Assembly (NCBI GenBank): GCA_035493515.1
Contig: DATJID010000058.1
Span: 1,201-65,200, forward strand
DNA from: Candidatus Binataceae bacterium
Lineage (GTDB): Bacteria > Desulfobacterota > Binatia > Binatales > Binataceae
Reading direction: 5' to 3'
Length of the DNA stretch: 64,000 bases
Shown: one piece after another, positions 29,612 through 38,852 of the stretch
Layout of the letters: every line of letters begins with the position of its first letter
Position numbering within the stretch: position 1 is the stretch's first letter
The notes under the pieces: model-generated
The model's database searches: none
What the model saw: only the letters and a program-made list of their open reading frames with translations
What the model was told of the DNA's origin: nothing
Translations under genes and position numbers: made by a program

Positions 29612-31063
29612 ATGTCCACAAAACAAGGTTTCGAATCCGCCGCCCTGCGGGCTCGACTGAAACATCCTGTAATCGACTCTGATGGCCATTGGGTTGAGTT
29701 CGGGCCGGACCTGATGGATTACCTCAAGGAGGTTGGAGGATCGCGAGCCGCCGACGGCTTCAAGAACCGGCCCTACGAAGGATGGCATCTCACGGTCCCG
29801 CTGAAGGAACGGCGCGAGCGCCGACTGGACCAGCCGATATGGTGGGGTGTGCCGACCAGGAACACGCTCGACCGCGCGACCGCGATGCTGCCGAAGCTGC
29901 TTTACCAGCGCATGGACGAGTTGGGGATGGACTTCGCAGTGCTCTATCCGACCGCGGCGTTGCGCATCCCGTTCATCGCCGACGAGGAGACGCGCAAGGC
30001 GACGTGCCGCGCGTTCAACCGGTATTCGGCCGAGCAGTTTCGCGAATTCCGCGATCGCCTGACGCCGGTGGCGATGATTCCAATGCATACGCCCGCGGAG
30101 GCGATCGTCGAACTGGAATATGCGGTCAAGACGCTGGGACTCAAGGTCGCTATGATGCCGAGCTTGCTGCGCCGTCCGATTCGCGCAGCCGTCGGTCCCG
30201 GTGGCGAGCCCAATCCGTATGCACAATGGCTCGACATGCTGGCGCTCGACAGCGAACATGATTACGACCCGGTGTGGGCGAAGTGCCTCGAGCTGGGAAT
30301 AGCGCCGACTTTTCACACCGTTTCCAAGGGCGTCGGCACGCGCATCTCACCGTCGAACGCGGTATACAACCATATCGGACACTTCGGCGTAGCCGGCGAG
30401 GCGATTTGCAAGGCGCTGTTCCTGGGCGGCGTGACGCGGCGCTTTCCTAAGTTGAAGTTCGCGTTCCTGGAGGGCGGCGTGGGATGGGCATGGGGACTAT
30501 ACAGCGATCTGATCGGCCACTGGAAAAAGCGCAACCCCAAGGCGCTGGAGGATATCGACCCAGCCAATCTCAACCGCGATATGCTGACCCATTTGTTCCA
30601 GAGCTATGGCGGCAAAGCACTAGCCGACAAGCTTGAGCGCTGGAAGCCCGAGGGCGAGGCGTATTCGCCGCGGACCGCCGACCCCGACGCGTCGCTCGAC
30701 GATTTCGAGGCTTGCGCGATCGAGCGCGCGGAACAAATACGAGATCTCTTCATTCCCAATTTCTACTTCGGTTGCGAAGCGGACGACCCAGCCAACGCCT
30801 CGGCCTTCAATATCAGGGCCAACCCGTACGGCGCCCGGCTCAACGCGATCTTCGGCTCCGATATCGGCCATTTCGACGTCCCGGACATGACCAAGGTGCT
30901 GACCGAAGCCTGGGAACTGGTCGACGAAGAATTGATAAGTGAGTCGGACTTCCGCGACTTCGTATTCGCCAATCCGGTCAGGCTGTGGGCCGCCAACAAC
31001 CCGGATTTCTTCAACGGCACAGTGGTCGAGCAGCAGGCGCGCACGTTACTTGCCGCCATCTAA
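29612..31063 (+). CDS. Amidohydrolase-2 (ACMSD-like) family protein
   Basis: VIDSDGHWVE..., FAVLYPT, TFHT and the C-terminal FGSDIGHFD motif. Confidence 0.85.
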   Translation: MSTKQGFESAALRARLKHPVIDSDGHWVEFGPDLMDYLKEVGGSRAADGFKNRPYEGWHLTVPLKERRERRLDQPIWWGVPTRNTLDRATAMLPKLLYQRMDELGMDFAVLYPTAALRIPFIADEETRKATCRAFNRYSAEQFREFRDRLTPVAMIPMHTPAEAIVELEYAVKTLGLKVAMMPSLLRRPIRAAVGPGGEPNPYAQWLDMLALDSEHDYDPVWAKCLELGIAPTFHTVSKGVGTRISPSNAVYNHIGHFGVAGEAICKALFLGGVTRRFPKLKFAFLEGGVGWAWGLYSDLIGHWKKRNPKALEDIDPANLNRDMLTHLFQSYGGKALADKLERWKPEGEAYSPRTADPDASLDDFEACAIERAEQIRDLFIPNFYFGCEADDPANASAFNIRANPYGARLNAIFGSDIGHFDVPDMTKVLTEAWELVDEELISESDFRDFVFANPVRLWAANNPDFFNGTVVEQQARTLLAAI

Positions 31064-31079
31064 GCGAAGTTGCGCAGCC

Positions 31080-32114
31080 TCATCCGAGTTCGGCGCGTAC
31101 TATTCGTGCGCCTTCCACCATCGCCTTGAGCTTCCCCAGCGCGGCCTCGCGCTGGATATATTTCATTCCGCAGTCGGGCGCGATCACCAGCCGTTCGGGC
31201 GACACGAACTCGAGCGCCGCGCGAATGCGGCCGGCGACCGTGGCAGCGCTCTCGACCGCGGGATCGTTAAGATCGATCACGCCGAGGATGATCGTCTTGG
31301 AGGGCAGCCCTTTCAGCATCGATAGATCGAGTTTCGGCTGCGCGGCCTCGATCGAGACCTGCTCGGCGAGGCAGTGCTCCAACTCGGGCAAAAACGAGTA
31401 GCCAGCCGGCTTGTCCTTCATAATGTAGGCGTATCCGAAGCACAGATGCACGGCGGTCGTGCCGGTGACGCCCGCAAGCGCGCGGTTGAGCGCTTTAAGC
31501 CCATAACGCCGAGCCAATTCAGGGCGCGCCTGCATGTAGGGCTCGTCGATCTGAACCACGTCGGCGCCCGCCGCGAAGAGATCCTTGATTTCCTCGTTCA
31601 CCGCTTCCGCATAGGCCATCGCGAGCGAGTCCTCGTCGGGATAGTAGGCGTTTTGGGCCTGCTGAGTCATCGTGAAAGGCCCGGGCAGCGTGATCTTCAC
31701 CTGGCGCGCGGTGTGAGCGCGCAGGAACGTGAGATCGCGCACCTCAACCGGAGCGAGCCTGCGAATCGGGCCCGAGACCAGCGGCACGATGTCGGGCTTT
31801 CCACTGCGGCTGATCGCGCTTCCGGGACGCTCGCGGTCGATACCGCCAAGGGCGTTGGCCAGGCGGTTGGAATAGCTCTCGCGGCGCATCTCACCGTCGC
31901 TGATAATGTCGACACCGGCACTTTCCATCTCGTGAATCGCTACGATAGTCGCGTCGTCCTGGGCCTGTTCGAGCCAGGGCTCCGGAATTCGCCACACCTC
32001 GCGCGCACGCACCCGCGGCGGCGGCCGCTTGGCGAGATTTTCGCGATCGATTAGCCAGTCGGGCTGCGGGTAGCTGCCTACCACGGTGGTCGGCAGAAGC
32101 ATCCGTTCAATCAT
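31080..32114 (-). CDS. Cobalamin-independent methionine synthase C-terminal-domain-like methyltransferase (MetE-like, single domain)
   Basis: LPTTVVGSYPQPDWL, DIISDGEMRRESY, VQIDEP, HLCFGY and APDCGMKY. Confidence 0.85.
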   Translation of the reverse strand: MIERMLLPTTVVGSYPQPDWLIDRENLAKRPPPRVRAREVWRIPEPWLEQAQDDATIVAIHEMESAGVDIISDGEMRRESYSNRLANALGGIDRERPGSAISRSGKPDIVPLVSGPIRRLAPVEVRDLTFLRAHTARQVKITLPGPFTMTQQAQNAYYPDEDSLAMAYAEAVNEEIKDLFAAGADVVQIDEPYMQARPELARRYGLKALNRALAGVTGTTAVHLCFGYAYIMKDKPAGYSFLPELEHCLAEQVSIEAAQPKLDLSMLKGLPSKTIILGVIDLNDPAVESAATVAGRIRAALEFVSPERLVIAPDCGMKYIQREAALGKLKAMVEGARIVRAELG

Positions 32115-32333
32115 CGTGGATCCCTCCTAGCCCTGAAGCGGCGGGCGCGCGATCTCGTCAACGGGCGGCGCAAATCATGACGCCTTCGGCGCGCGCCGGC
32201 AACTGATTTCGCCTGTATGCGATCACCCCCGGACGGGTACCTGGGGATTTTCGCTGGTACCTAGGTAGGTTCGATCGCACCGCGAGCGGATGATGACGCT
32301 GCCGAGTTCCTCGCGCGAATTCCGAAGAACCGC

Positions 32334-32528
32334 TTGTCTATCTTACTAGCTTGCTGGGTGAGGGAAGATGGTTGCCTTTACTTGATATTCGGAGCCGCGA
32401 CTTTGCAGCTTTATGAGCGGAAGATCAAGGGAACGAAGCTTTTGATGGTGAAAGGATGCGGGCATCTTCCGCCACTGGAAAATGCGGAGAACACCGCCCG
32501 CCAGATGTCAAACTTTCTTAACTCGTAG
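32334..32528 (+). pseudogene. C-terminal relic of an alpha/beta-hydrolase
   Basis: Only about 64 codons in a low-GC patch. KGTKLLMVKGCGHLPPLENAENTARQMSNFL matches the last strand/His-loop/helix of alpha/beta hydrolases. No nucleophile-elbow region lies upstream. Confidence 0.45.
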
Positions 32529-32578
32529 TTGGCGCGGGGCCTCGGAGCTGAAGCTCCTACAGTAAACAGCCATCTCGC

Positions 32579-32974
32579 TCATCGCACGGCTTCGAGAGCC
32601 TCGCGAACCCGCGCGCACTCGGTACGTAGCTGAACGAAGATGGCGAGGGCCCCGTCGAGCGCCCCGTCGCGGGCTTTCATCTCGATCGCGCTTGCGAGAG
32701 TCTGCATCTGTGAGGCGCCAAAATTCCCGGCCGTGCCCTTCAGCGTATGCGCGGTCAGCCTGGTGGCGCCGGTATCTCCCTTTCTCAACGCCGCCTCGAG
32801 CTCAGTCAGCTGCCCCGGCACTTCTTCCACGAACATACCTACCAGGTCAGCCAACAGGTCTCCGCCCTCTTCGCGCAGCTCCTGGATGATTCTTTCATCG
32901 ACAGCGGCGACGCCGGCTGTGTCTTCAGAATGAGTATTCATTTCACTTCCATTATCTGAATGTTTCTGGCCCAT
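32579..32974 (-). CDS. Hpt (histidine phosphotransfer) domain protein
   Basis: AHTLKGTAGNFGA motif in a four-helix-like context. Confidence 0.8.
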   Translation of the reverse strand: MGQKHSDNGSEMNTHSEDTAGVAAVDERIIQELREEGGDLLADLVGMFVEEVPGQLTELEAALRKGDTGATRLTAHTLKGTAGNFGASQMQTLASAIEMKARDGALDGALAIFVQLRTECARVREALEAVR

Positions 32975-33016
32975 TCATAGATGGCCCAATTCGCTCGCGA
33001 ATGCCGCCATCGGGAG

Positions 33017-33409
33017 TTACACGGTCCACGCCGGGAAGGTTCTCTGCAGCTTTTGCCGCACCGGTTCAAAAGAGAATTGGCCAAACGGCTTGATCACGTA
33101 AGCGATCGCACCCTCATTCAAAAACATATCGCGCGTCTTCTCGAAGGGGACTGCGCTCACGACTACGATCGCAGTCTCGGGAGACTCTTTTCTCATCGTT
33201 CGAAAAGCGGCCATGCTATCGATGCCATCACGTTCGGGCATCATCACGTCCAGCGTGACGAGCTTGGGCTTGAGTTCTCTGAAGAGCCGGAGGCCTTGCG
33301 CGGCGTTTTCGGCCTCGTCTTCGATATGGAAGCCAAGCTTGATCAAGTGATGGCGGATGATTTTCCGCGCGAACGGCGAGTCATCTATTATCAAGGCTGT
33401 TGGGGTCAC
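33017..33409 (-). CDS. Single-domain CheY-like response regulator
   Basis: ALIIDDSPFARKII...LVTLDVMMPERDGID...AYVIKPF. Confidence 0.9.
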   Translation of the reverse strand: MTPTALIIDDSPFARKIIRHHLIKLGFHIEDEAENAAQGLRLFRELKPKLVTLDVMMPERDGIDSMAAFRTMRKESPETAIVVVSAVPFEKTRDMFLNEGAIAYVIKPFGQFSFEPVRQKLQRTFPAWTV

Positions 33410-33545
33410 GGCTGACTCGCCTCACGCGAATTGTCGAGCGCGGTGGCGAGCATCGAACCGGCAGCGATTGCGCTCCCATGGCTGCTTGTTGCCGCCATCT
33501 TCACGCCCCTATTCATCAAGCGCTTGTTTAGCAATATCGCACTCC

Positions 33546-34529
33546 TCACTGCGTAAGTTGGGCGTGCACCGCACCCATGTTTGAACCGCCTGTGTCCGGG
33601 GTGCCGGCCTCGACCTGGCGAATGAATACCGCGTTGATAGTGCTGCCGCCAGTGGTGCCTGAAATCCAGACTTCCGCAAAGCCGGTCACGGGAACCTGGC
33701 TCGAACATCTCCCACCGTTGCAGCCACTGACCCAGTTGACCACCGGCACCACTACCGCCCGCGCGTCATCCATGGTGTGCGAAGACCAGGTCCCGCTGGG
33801 ATCCGAAGCAAGTCCTGCCGCGACCCGATCGCTTATGCCGTTCGTGACTGCGCCATTCTTCACCCCGGGTTCTGCCGTGAGCAAATCGCCCACTCTGACG
33901 GTGCAAGAACATCCTTGTGTAAGATTTTGTTGGAATGCGGCAGCACCAGTGCTGCCACTACTAGAACTTTGCTGAGCGAGCCCTTGCCAGCAGCCCGCGC
34001 CGCAGCTGTTCATGCGTAGGTTGATCGATTGCCCATAGGTATAAGGGGTCAGCGAGTCAAGGCCGATCGGAGCGACGCCAACCGCAGAACTTATGCCCTG
34101 CAGCACTGCCACGGAAATGGCGCTCACGGTAAAGTTTTGGATGCCCACGACCCTGGCGAACATCGCGGACACCGTGCGTGAGGCGCTGACAGTAATCGAC
34201 TGAGCACCGGCATTGGCGACCACGCCAGTTAGTTCGCTCAACACTACTCCGTTGTTAAGTGCATAGGTGCAAGCGGCGTTCTGCGCATCGGTCGGGTAAA
34301 GGCACAAGGCATTCTTACCGTTAAAGGTAACGTTGCTGAAGTAAGTAGCACCCGCCAAGGCAGCAGCGTCGGTACCGCTCTGGAGCCGATTTTTGTTCCA
34401 ATATATATAGAATACGTCGATTCCAAGTGCGGCTATCCCGACTAGTCCGACCGCAGCCAAAGCAAGGATGACCATGATCTGACCCCGGCGTCCGCTCCGC
34501 GCTTGTCTATACTTTTTCGTCACACTCAT
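33546..34529 (-). CDS. TadG-like (Tad_N) pilus-assembly protein
   Basis: GQIMVILALAAVGLVGIAALGIDVFYIYWNKNRLQSGTDAAALAGA. The C-terminal block VVVPVVNW...GFAEVWISG parallels that of the 21658 paralogue. Confidence 0.75.
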   Translation of the reverse strand: MSVTKKYRQARSGRRGQIMVILALAAVGLVGIAALGIDVFYIYWNKNRLQSGTDAAALAGATYFSNVTFNGKNALCLYPTDAQNAACTYALNNGVVLSELTGVVANAGAQSITVSASRTVSAMFARVVGIQNFTVSAISVAVLQGISSAVGVAPIGLDSLTPYTYGQSINLRMNSCGAGCWQGLAQQSSSSGSTGAAAFQQNLTQGCSCTVRVGDLLTAEPGVKNGAVTNGISDRVAAGLASDPSGTWSSHTMDDARAVVVPVVNWVSGCNGGRCSSQVPVTGFAEVWISGTTGGSTINAVFIRQVEAGTPDTGGSNMGAVHAQLTQ

Positions 34530-34558
34530 TTCGCTATGTTTGCCTCATGACGTAGTCG

Positions 34559-34574
34559 TGCAAGGAGCGATCCA
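34559..34574 (-). promoter_or_regulatory. Sigma54 (-24/-12) promoter candidate for the TadG-CheY-Hpt unit
   Basis: The minus strand reads TGGATCGCTCCTTGCA (GG-N10-GC spacing correct, -12 TTGCA). The -12 element is about 30 nt upstream of the ATG at 34529. Confidence 0.35.
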
Positions 34575-34632
34575 ATATTGCCACAGAACGTCTTTTTCCG
34601 TCGGGCGAATATAGATTGCCTAATTGTCGCGC

Positions 34633-34648
34633 TGGTATGGATAATGCT
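34633..34648 (+). promoter_or_regulatory. Sigma54 (-24/-12) promoter candidate for the tadE-tadC unit
   Basis: TGGTATGGATAATGCT (GG-N10-GC spacing correct; -24 TGGTAT as I recall for nifH-type promoters). Confidence 0.35.
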
Positions 34649-34662
34649 CTCTTTTTTAGCCG

Positions 34663-35223
34663 ATGAGAGTCCTGCATACATCTCCGTTAGAAAGTTGTGG
34701 ACCACAAAGAGACGCTGTGTCGCGGACGGACGCCTGGTGTATTGCCCCCGAGACATACCACGCTAATGCCGCTCTACACGCTTGTCGTGCAATTAGCTCA
34801 CCCGCAAGCGCGAGGACAGCGGCTCGCAACCAGGCCGACGGTCAGACACTAGTCGAGTTCGCGCTTATCATTCCGGTCTTTCTACTTTTGATGCTTGGCG
34901 TGGTGCAGATGATAGTGGTCGGTGGCGCGGCGCTTGCGGTGAATCAGGCCGCGATATCCTGCGCGCGCTATGCCTCGCTCAATCCGAGCTTTGCGCAAAG
35001 CTCAGTGGGTTCCTACCTAAGCAACACCGCATCACCACTGATTAGCGATTCCGGTCTGCAACCGGTGGTCTTGTCACCCGTCACAGTGCCGCGCGTGACC
35101 GGCTCCGCAGTGACCGTGACAGTCAGTTACAAACTTGCGACCAAGCTGTTTTTGGGTACGACCTTTTTCGGCGTTACCTTTCCAAGCCAGCTTTCGGTTA
35201 CCCAAACTATGACCAGTGAATAG
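34663..35223 (+). CDS. tadE: TadE-like pseudopilin/pilus-assembly protein
   Basis: GQTLVEFALIIPVFLLLMLGVVQM is the TadE N-terminal motif. The start is uncertain. An in-frame GTG at 34717 with AAGAGA upstream would fit better behind the candidate promoter. Confidence 0.7.
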   Translation: MRVLHTSPLESCGPQRDAVSRTDAWCIAPETYHANAALHACRAISSPASARTAARNQADGQTLVEFALIIPVFLLLMLGVVQMIVVGGAALAVNQAAISCARYASLNPSFAQSSVGSYLSNTASPLISDSGLQPVVLSPVTVPRVTGSAVTVTVSYKLATKLFLGTTFFGVTFPSQLSVTQTMTSE

Positions 35224-35264
35224 GCGCGTGCGCACGGACGCCACTACAGTCAACCGGAGGGGCA

Positions 35265-36500
35265 ATGAATTCAGCGCAGGAAAACGGTAACGGCCTGAAC
35301 ACCGCTCACCACAAGCGGCGCGGCAGCCTGAACATCTCGGTCGCCGGAGGCACGCCGGAGCAGCGCTCCGCCTTGCGCGAATCACTGGCCGCGCTAACCG
35401 ACCTCCGGATGGAAATGGCCGAGATCTCAGCCCCCGGACAGGCGCCGCCGCAAGGCGACGCCGTGCGCATCCTGATGATACTCCTCGACGACGACCTCGA
35501 CCTGTGGGACGAAGAGTTGCGGCCATGGATCGAGAGCGGCAACTGGTCGCAAGTTACGGCGGTGGTCAGCCGGCGTACACCGGAAGCAGTGCGCAGCGCG
35601 TTAGGCGCTGGCGCCAATGAAGTGCTGTTCATGCCGGTCGACCCGGTCGACCTCGCGCGCTCGCTGTGGACCGTCAGCGAAATCAATCGCGAAAGTGGCC
35701 AGGTGACCAAGGCCGCTTACGCGCTGGCCAGCGTGTCGGGCGGAGTCGGCGTCAGCAGCCTTACGGTTGCACTGGGCCTCGCGCTGCGCCGCCTCACCCA
35801 AAAGCAAGTCGCGCTGGTGGACCTCGGCCTGCAATCAGCCTCGCTCGCGGCTATTCTCGATCTTAAGAGTATCCATTCCATCGGCGAACTTGCCGACCCC
35901 ACCACCAGCGTCGATTCGATCCGCCTGGAATCCGCCACCAGCAAGCATGCCTCGGGGCTGTACCTTTTGAGCGCGCCGGCGCGGATCGAGGACTGCGAGA
36001 TGGTTTCGCCGGGCACTATCGAGGCGACCATCGGAGTGATGCTGCAGTTGTTCGACTATGTGTTGATCGATTGCGGGCATCATGTGAACGAGGGCACGGT
36101 GGCGTCATGGGAGCGCGCAGGCAACGTGTTATACGTGCTCGAACAATCGATCACGGCCGTGCGCGCAGCGCAGCGCTTCCTTGATTTGTTCGAACGGCTC
36201 AAGCTGAAGCACGTCTCGCTCGACCTTTTGCTCAACCATTACCGGCCCTTGCATTCCATCTCGCTGGAGAAGATCCAGACGGCGTTGCATCGGCCGGTGG
36301 CCTTTTGCATTCCGCACGACGCCGCGGCGCAGGCCGCGGCCGAGGCGCAGGGCGATGGGCTAACGTCGCTTGCGCCAGGGTCGCCGATGCTGGTCGCCAT
36401 CGAGCAGCTGGCCAAAGCCCTGATTGGAATACCCGAGAACGCCAATGGTGCGTATCGGCCCGGCGTTTTCTCCAGGCTGATGAGCGCGATGAGCCATTAG
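35265..36500 (+). CDS. tadZ: CpaE/TadZ-like pilus localisation ATPase (degenerate receiver-like N-domain + MinD/ParA-like domain)
   Basis: The N-terminal receiver-like region (ILMILLDDDLDLW...) lacks the canonical acidic pocket. Deviant P-loop region ALASVSGGVGVSSLTVALG. GGAGGGG upstream. Confidence 0.8.
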   Translation: MNSAQENGNGLNTAHHKRRGSLNISVAGGTPEQRSALRESLAALTDLRMEMAEISAPGQAPPQGDAVRILMILLDDDLDLWDEELRPWIESGNWSQVTAVVSRRTPEAVRSALGAGANEVLFMPVDPVDLARSLWTVSEINRESGQVTKAAYALASVSGGVGVSSLTVALGLALRRLTQKQVALVDLGLQSASLAAILDLKSIHSIGELADPTTSVDSIRLESATSKHASGLYLLSAPARIEDCEMVSPGTIEATIGVMLQLFDYVLIDCGHHVNEGTVASWERAGNVLYVLEQSITAVRAAQRFLDLFERLKLKHVSLDLLLNHYRPLHSISLEKIQTALHRPVAFCIPHDAAAQAAAEAQGDGLTSLAPGSPMLVAIEQLAKALIGIPENANGAYRPGVFSRLMSAMSH

Positions 36501-36515
36501 GGAGGCACGCCGCCG

Positions 36516-37916
36516 ATGGGTTTAATCGATCGTCTGCAAAACGAAGGGTCGGGAGCGCCGTCGGCGGTCGGGCCATCGCTCTTTGCCCTCGACACGCGCC
36601 AGCTGATGGCCTCGTCCAACGAAGACGTGGGCAAGGAGCGTTTTCAGGCGCTCAAGGGCAGAATCCAGGATCTGCTGCTCAAGAAAATCGACGTCACCAA
36701 GCTTGAAGACGCGGGCTACGCACCGCTGCTGGCGCAGGTGAATGCGGTCATCGACGAACTGGTCGATGACGAGCATCTGCTGCTGGCCGAAGCCGATCGC
36801 GAACGCCTGATCGAAGCCACCACCAGCGACATGCTGGGCCTCGGCCCGCTCGAGCCGTTGCTCCAGGACAACGACATCTCCGATATCCTGGTCAACGGCT
36901 ACCGCGGGGTGTGGATCGAGCGCAATGGCAAAATCTATAAAACCACAGTACGCTTTCGCGACGATCACCATCTGATGAGCGTCATCAACCGTATCGTGTC
37001 GCGCGTCGGCCGTCGGATCGATGAGGCTTCGCCCATGGTTGATGCGCGGTTGCCCGACGGCTCACGCGTGCACGCCATCATACCGCCGCTCGCGATCGAC
37101 GGCCCCGGACTTTGCATCCGCCGTTTCGGTGGCCACAGCTACCGGATGGAGGACTTGATCAGTAATGGCACCTGCACCCAGGAAATGGCCGACTTCGTGC
37201 GCATCGCGGTACTCACCCGGCTCAACATTCTGATTAGCGGCGGAACCGGCAGTGGCAAAACCACGCTGCTGAATTGTCTCTCCACCTATATTCCCGAAAA
37301 CCAGCGCATAATTACCATCGAAGACGCCGCCGAGCTGGCCTTGCAGCAGCCCCAGGTCTTCCGTCTCGAGACTCGTCCGCCCAACGTCGAGGGCAAGGGC
37401 GAGGTCACGCAGCGCGAGCTATTTCGCAATACCTTGCGGATGCGACCCGACCGCGTGATCGTCGGCGAGGTACGCGGCGCCGAAGTGCTGGACATGTTGC
37501 AGGCGATGTCGACCGGCCACGACGGCTCGATGGCCACCATCCATGCAAACACTCCGCGGGACTCACTGGGACGGCTCGAGATGATGATGCTGCTCTCGGG
37601 CGTGGCGCTGCCCGAGAAAGCGATGCATCAGTACGTAGCCAACTCGATCAACCTGATTATTCAGCTCGCGCGACATTCCGATGGCACTCGCAAGCTCATC
37701 AAGATAACCGAAATTACCGGGATGGAAGGCGATACCGTGCTGACCCAGGACCTGTTCGAATACGTGCGCACCGGGGTCGATCCGGGCGGCAAGGTCCTGG
37801 GACATTTCAGAAGTACCAATACGCGACCCTTTTATACCGAGCGCTTCGAGGCCGCCGGCTTCGTCGTCGCGCGATCGTTGGATGCGCATCCTGCGCGAGA
37901 TGAACCACCCCGATGA
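36516..37916 (+). CDS. tadA: CpaF/TadA secretion ATPase
   Basis: ISDILVNG, Walker [39 protein letters not shown] and [12 protein letters not shown]. Confidence 0.95.
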   Translation: MGLIDRLQNEGSGAPSAVGPSLFALDTRQLMASSNEDVGKERFQALKGRIQDLLLKKIDVTKLEDAGYAPLLAQVNAVIDELVDDEHLLLAEADRERLIEATTSDMLGLGPLEPLLQDNDISDILVNGYRGVWIERNGKIYKTTVRFRDDHHLMSVINRIVSRVGRRIDEASPMVDARLPDGSRVHAIIPPLAIDGPGLCIRRFGGHSYRMEDLISNGTCTQEMADFVRIAVLTRLNILISGGTGSGKTTLLNCLSTYIPENQRIITIEDAAELALQQPQVFRLETRPPNVEGKGEVTQRELFRNTLRMRPDRVIVGEVRGAEVLDMLQAMSTGHDGSMATIHANTPRDSLGRLEMMMLLSGVALPEKAMHQYVANSINLIIQLARHSDGTRKLIKITEITGMEGDTVLTQDLFEYVRTGVDPGGKVLGHFRSTNTRPFYTERFEAAGFVVARSLDAHPARDEPPR

Positions 37917-38851
37917 CGGAGCTGATCACACTGGTCTGCTTCGCCCTGCTCATCAGCCCCGCGCTGGTCTACTACGTTATCCGGCGAAAGCATCGGCTCG
38001 CGCAGGACCGGGTTCTCGAACGGCGGCTCGGAGATTCTTCTGCAACTCCAGACACGCAACCCGCGTGGATCCCGCCCAAGGACGAGATGCCGCTCGTGCT
38101 CGCGCGGCTGCGCCTGGTGCCGTGGGTAGGCAGCTACCTCAGCCAAACCATGCAGCAGGCGACTGTGCCGCTGGTCCTCGCGATACCGGCACTTTTGGTT
38201 GCCGGCACAGTCATCTCGGGTCACTGGCTGAAGGTCCCCGGCGCGCTAATATGCGGCCTTGCCGCCGCCACGCTTCCCGTGCTTTACGCTCGGCGCAAGG
38301 GCAGCCAACGGCTCGCGCTGCTAAGCGAACAATTGCCGTATCTGATCGATCTTCTCAAGTCAGCGCTCGAATCAGGCCATACGATGCTGCGCGCCCTGCA
38401 GATGGCGGGACAGAATCTGCCCGAACCGATTTCCAGCGAGCTGCGCCTGATCGTCGAGCAGGTTCAGCTCGGGATGACCTTGCCCCTGGCGTTCGAGGCG
38501 ATGTATCAGCGGGCACCGGTCGAGGAGCTGGCCTTTCTGGTTGCCGCAGTGCGGGTCCAGACCGACGTGGGGAACAGCATGGCCGAGATCTTTCAGCATG
38601 TCGCGGAAGGAATGCGCAACCGCCAGCGCGCTGAACATCAGCTGCGCGCGCTCACCGCGCAGTCGCGAGCGGGTGCGATCATCGTAACTTTGCTCCCGTT
38701 CATCGTGCTGCTGGCCTTCAGTTTCATCAATCCGTCCTATTCACGTCCGCTGTTTCACAATGCGTATGGACAAAAGATGCTCGAAACCGCTGTCGTGCTC
38801 GACATAATTGCCTTTCTCGTGATGCGCAAGATCGCGCGAGTCGACTACTAA
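37913..38851 (+). CDS. tadB: TadB-type inner-membrane platform protein (T2SSF)
   Basis: ATGA overlap with tadA. QLPYLIDLLKSALESGHTMLRALQ...ELRLIVEQVQLGMTL (T2SSF domain). Confidence 0.85.
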   Translation: MTELITLVCFALLISPALVYYVIRRKHRLAQDRVLERRLGDSSATPDTQPAWIPPKDEMPLVLARLRLVPWVGSYLSQTMQQATVPLVLAIPALLVAGTVISGHWLKVPGALICGLAAATLPVLYARRKGSQRLALLSEQLPYLIDLLKSALESGHTMLRALQMAGQNLPEPISSELRLIVEQVQLGMTLPLAFEAMYQRAPVEELAFLVAAVRVQTDVGNSMAEIFQHVAEGMRNRQRAEHQLRALTAQSRAGAIIVTLLPFIVLLAFSFINPSYSRPLFHNAYGQKMLETAVVLDIIAFLVMRKIARVDY

Positions 38852-38852
38852 C

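Noticed and set aside
32255-32285. GGTTCGATC T-loop-like string (and GGTTTCGAATCC at 29627) as a possible tRNA or att site
   Set aside because: I could not fold an acceptor, D or anticodon arm around either. The second lies inside a well-supported CDS.
32115-32330. Cobalamin or SAM riboswitch upstream of the MetE-like gene
   Set aside because: A GAAAAUCC-like string is present, but I could not find a B12 box (GCCACUG) or the expected helices by eye. This needs a covariance-model scan. It is kept only as a note in the catabolic-cluster finding.
33406-33498. 30-codon ORF (MAATSSHGSAIAAGSMLATALDNSREASQP) between TadG and CheY, with an ATGA overlap onto cheY; considered as a possible Flp pilin
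   Set aside because: It has no G/XXXXEY processing motif and no hydrophobic helix. It may be a real micro-ORF, but it is not a pilin.
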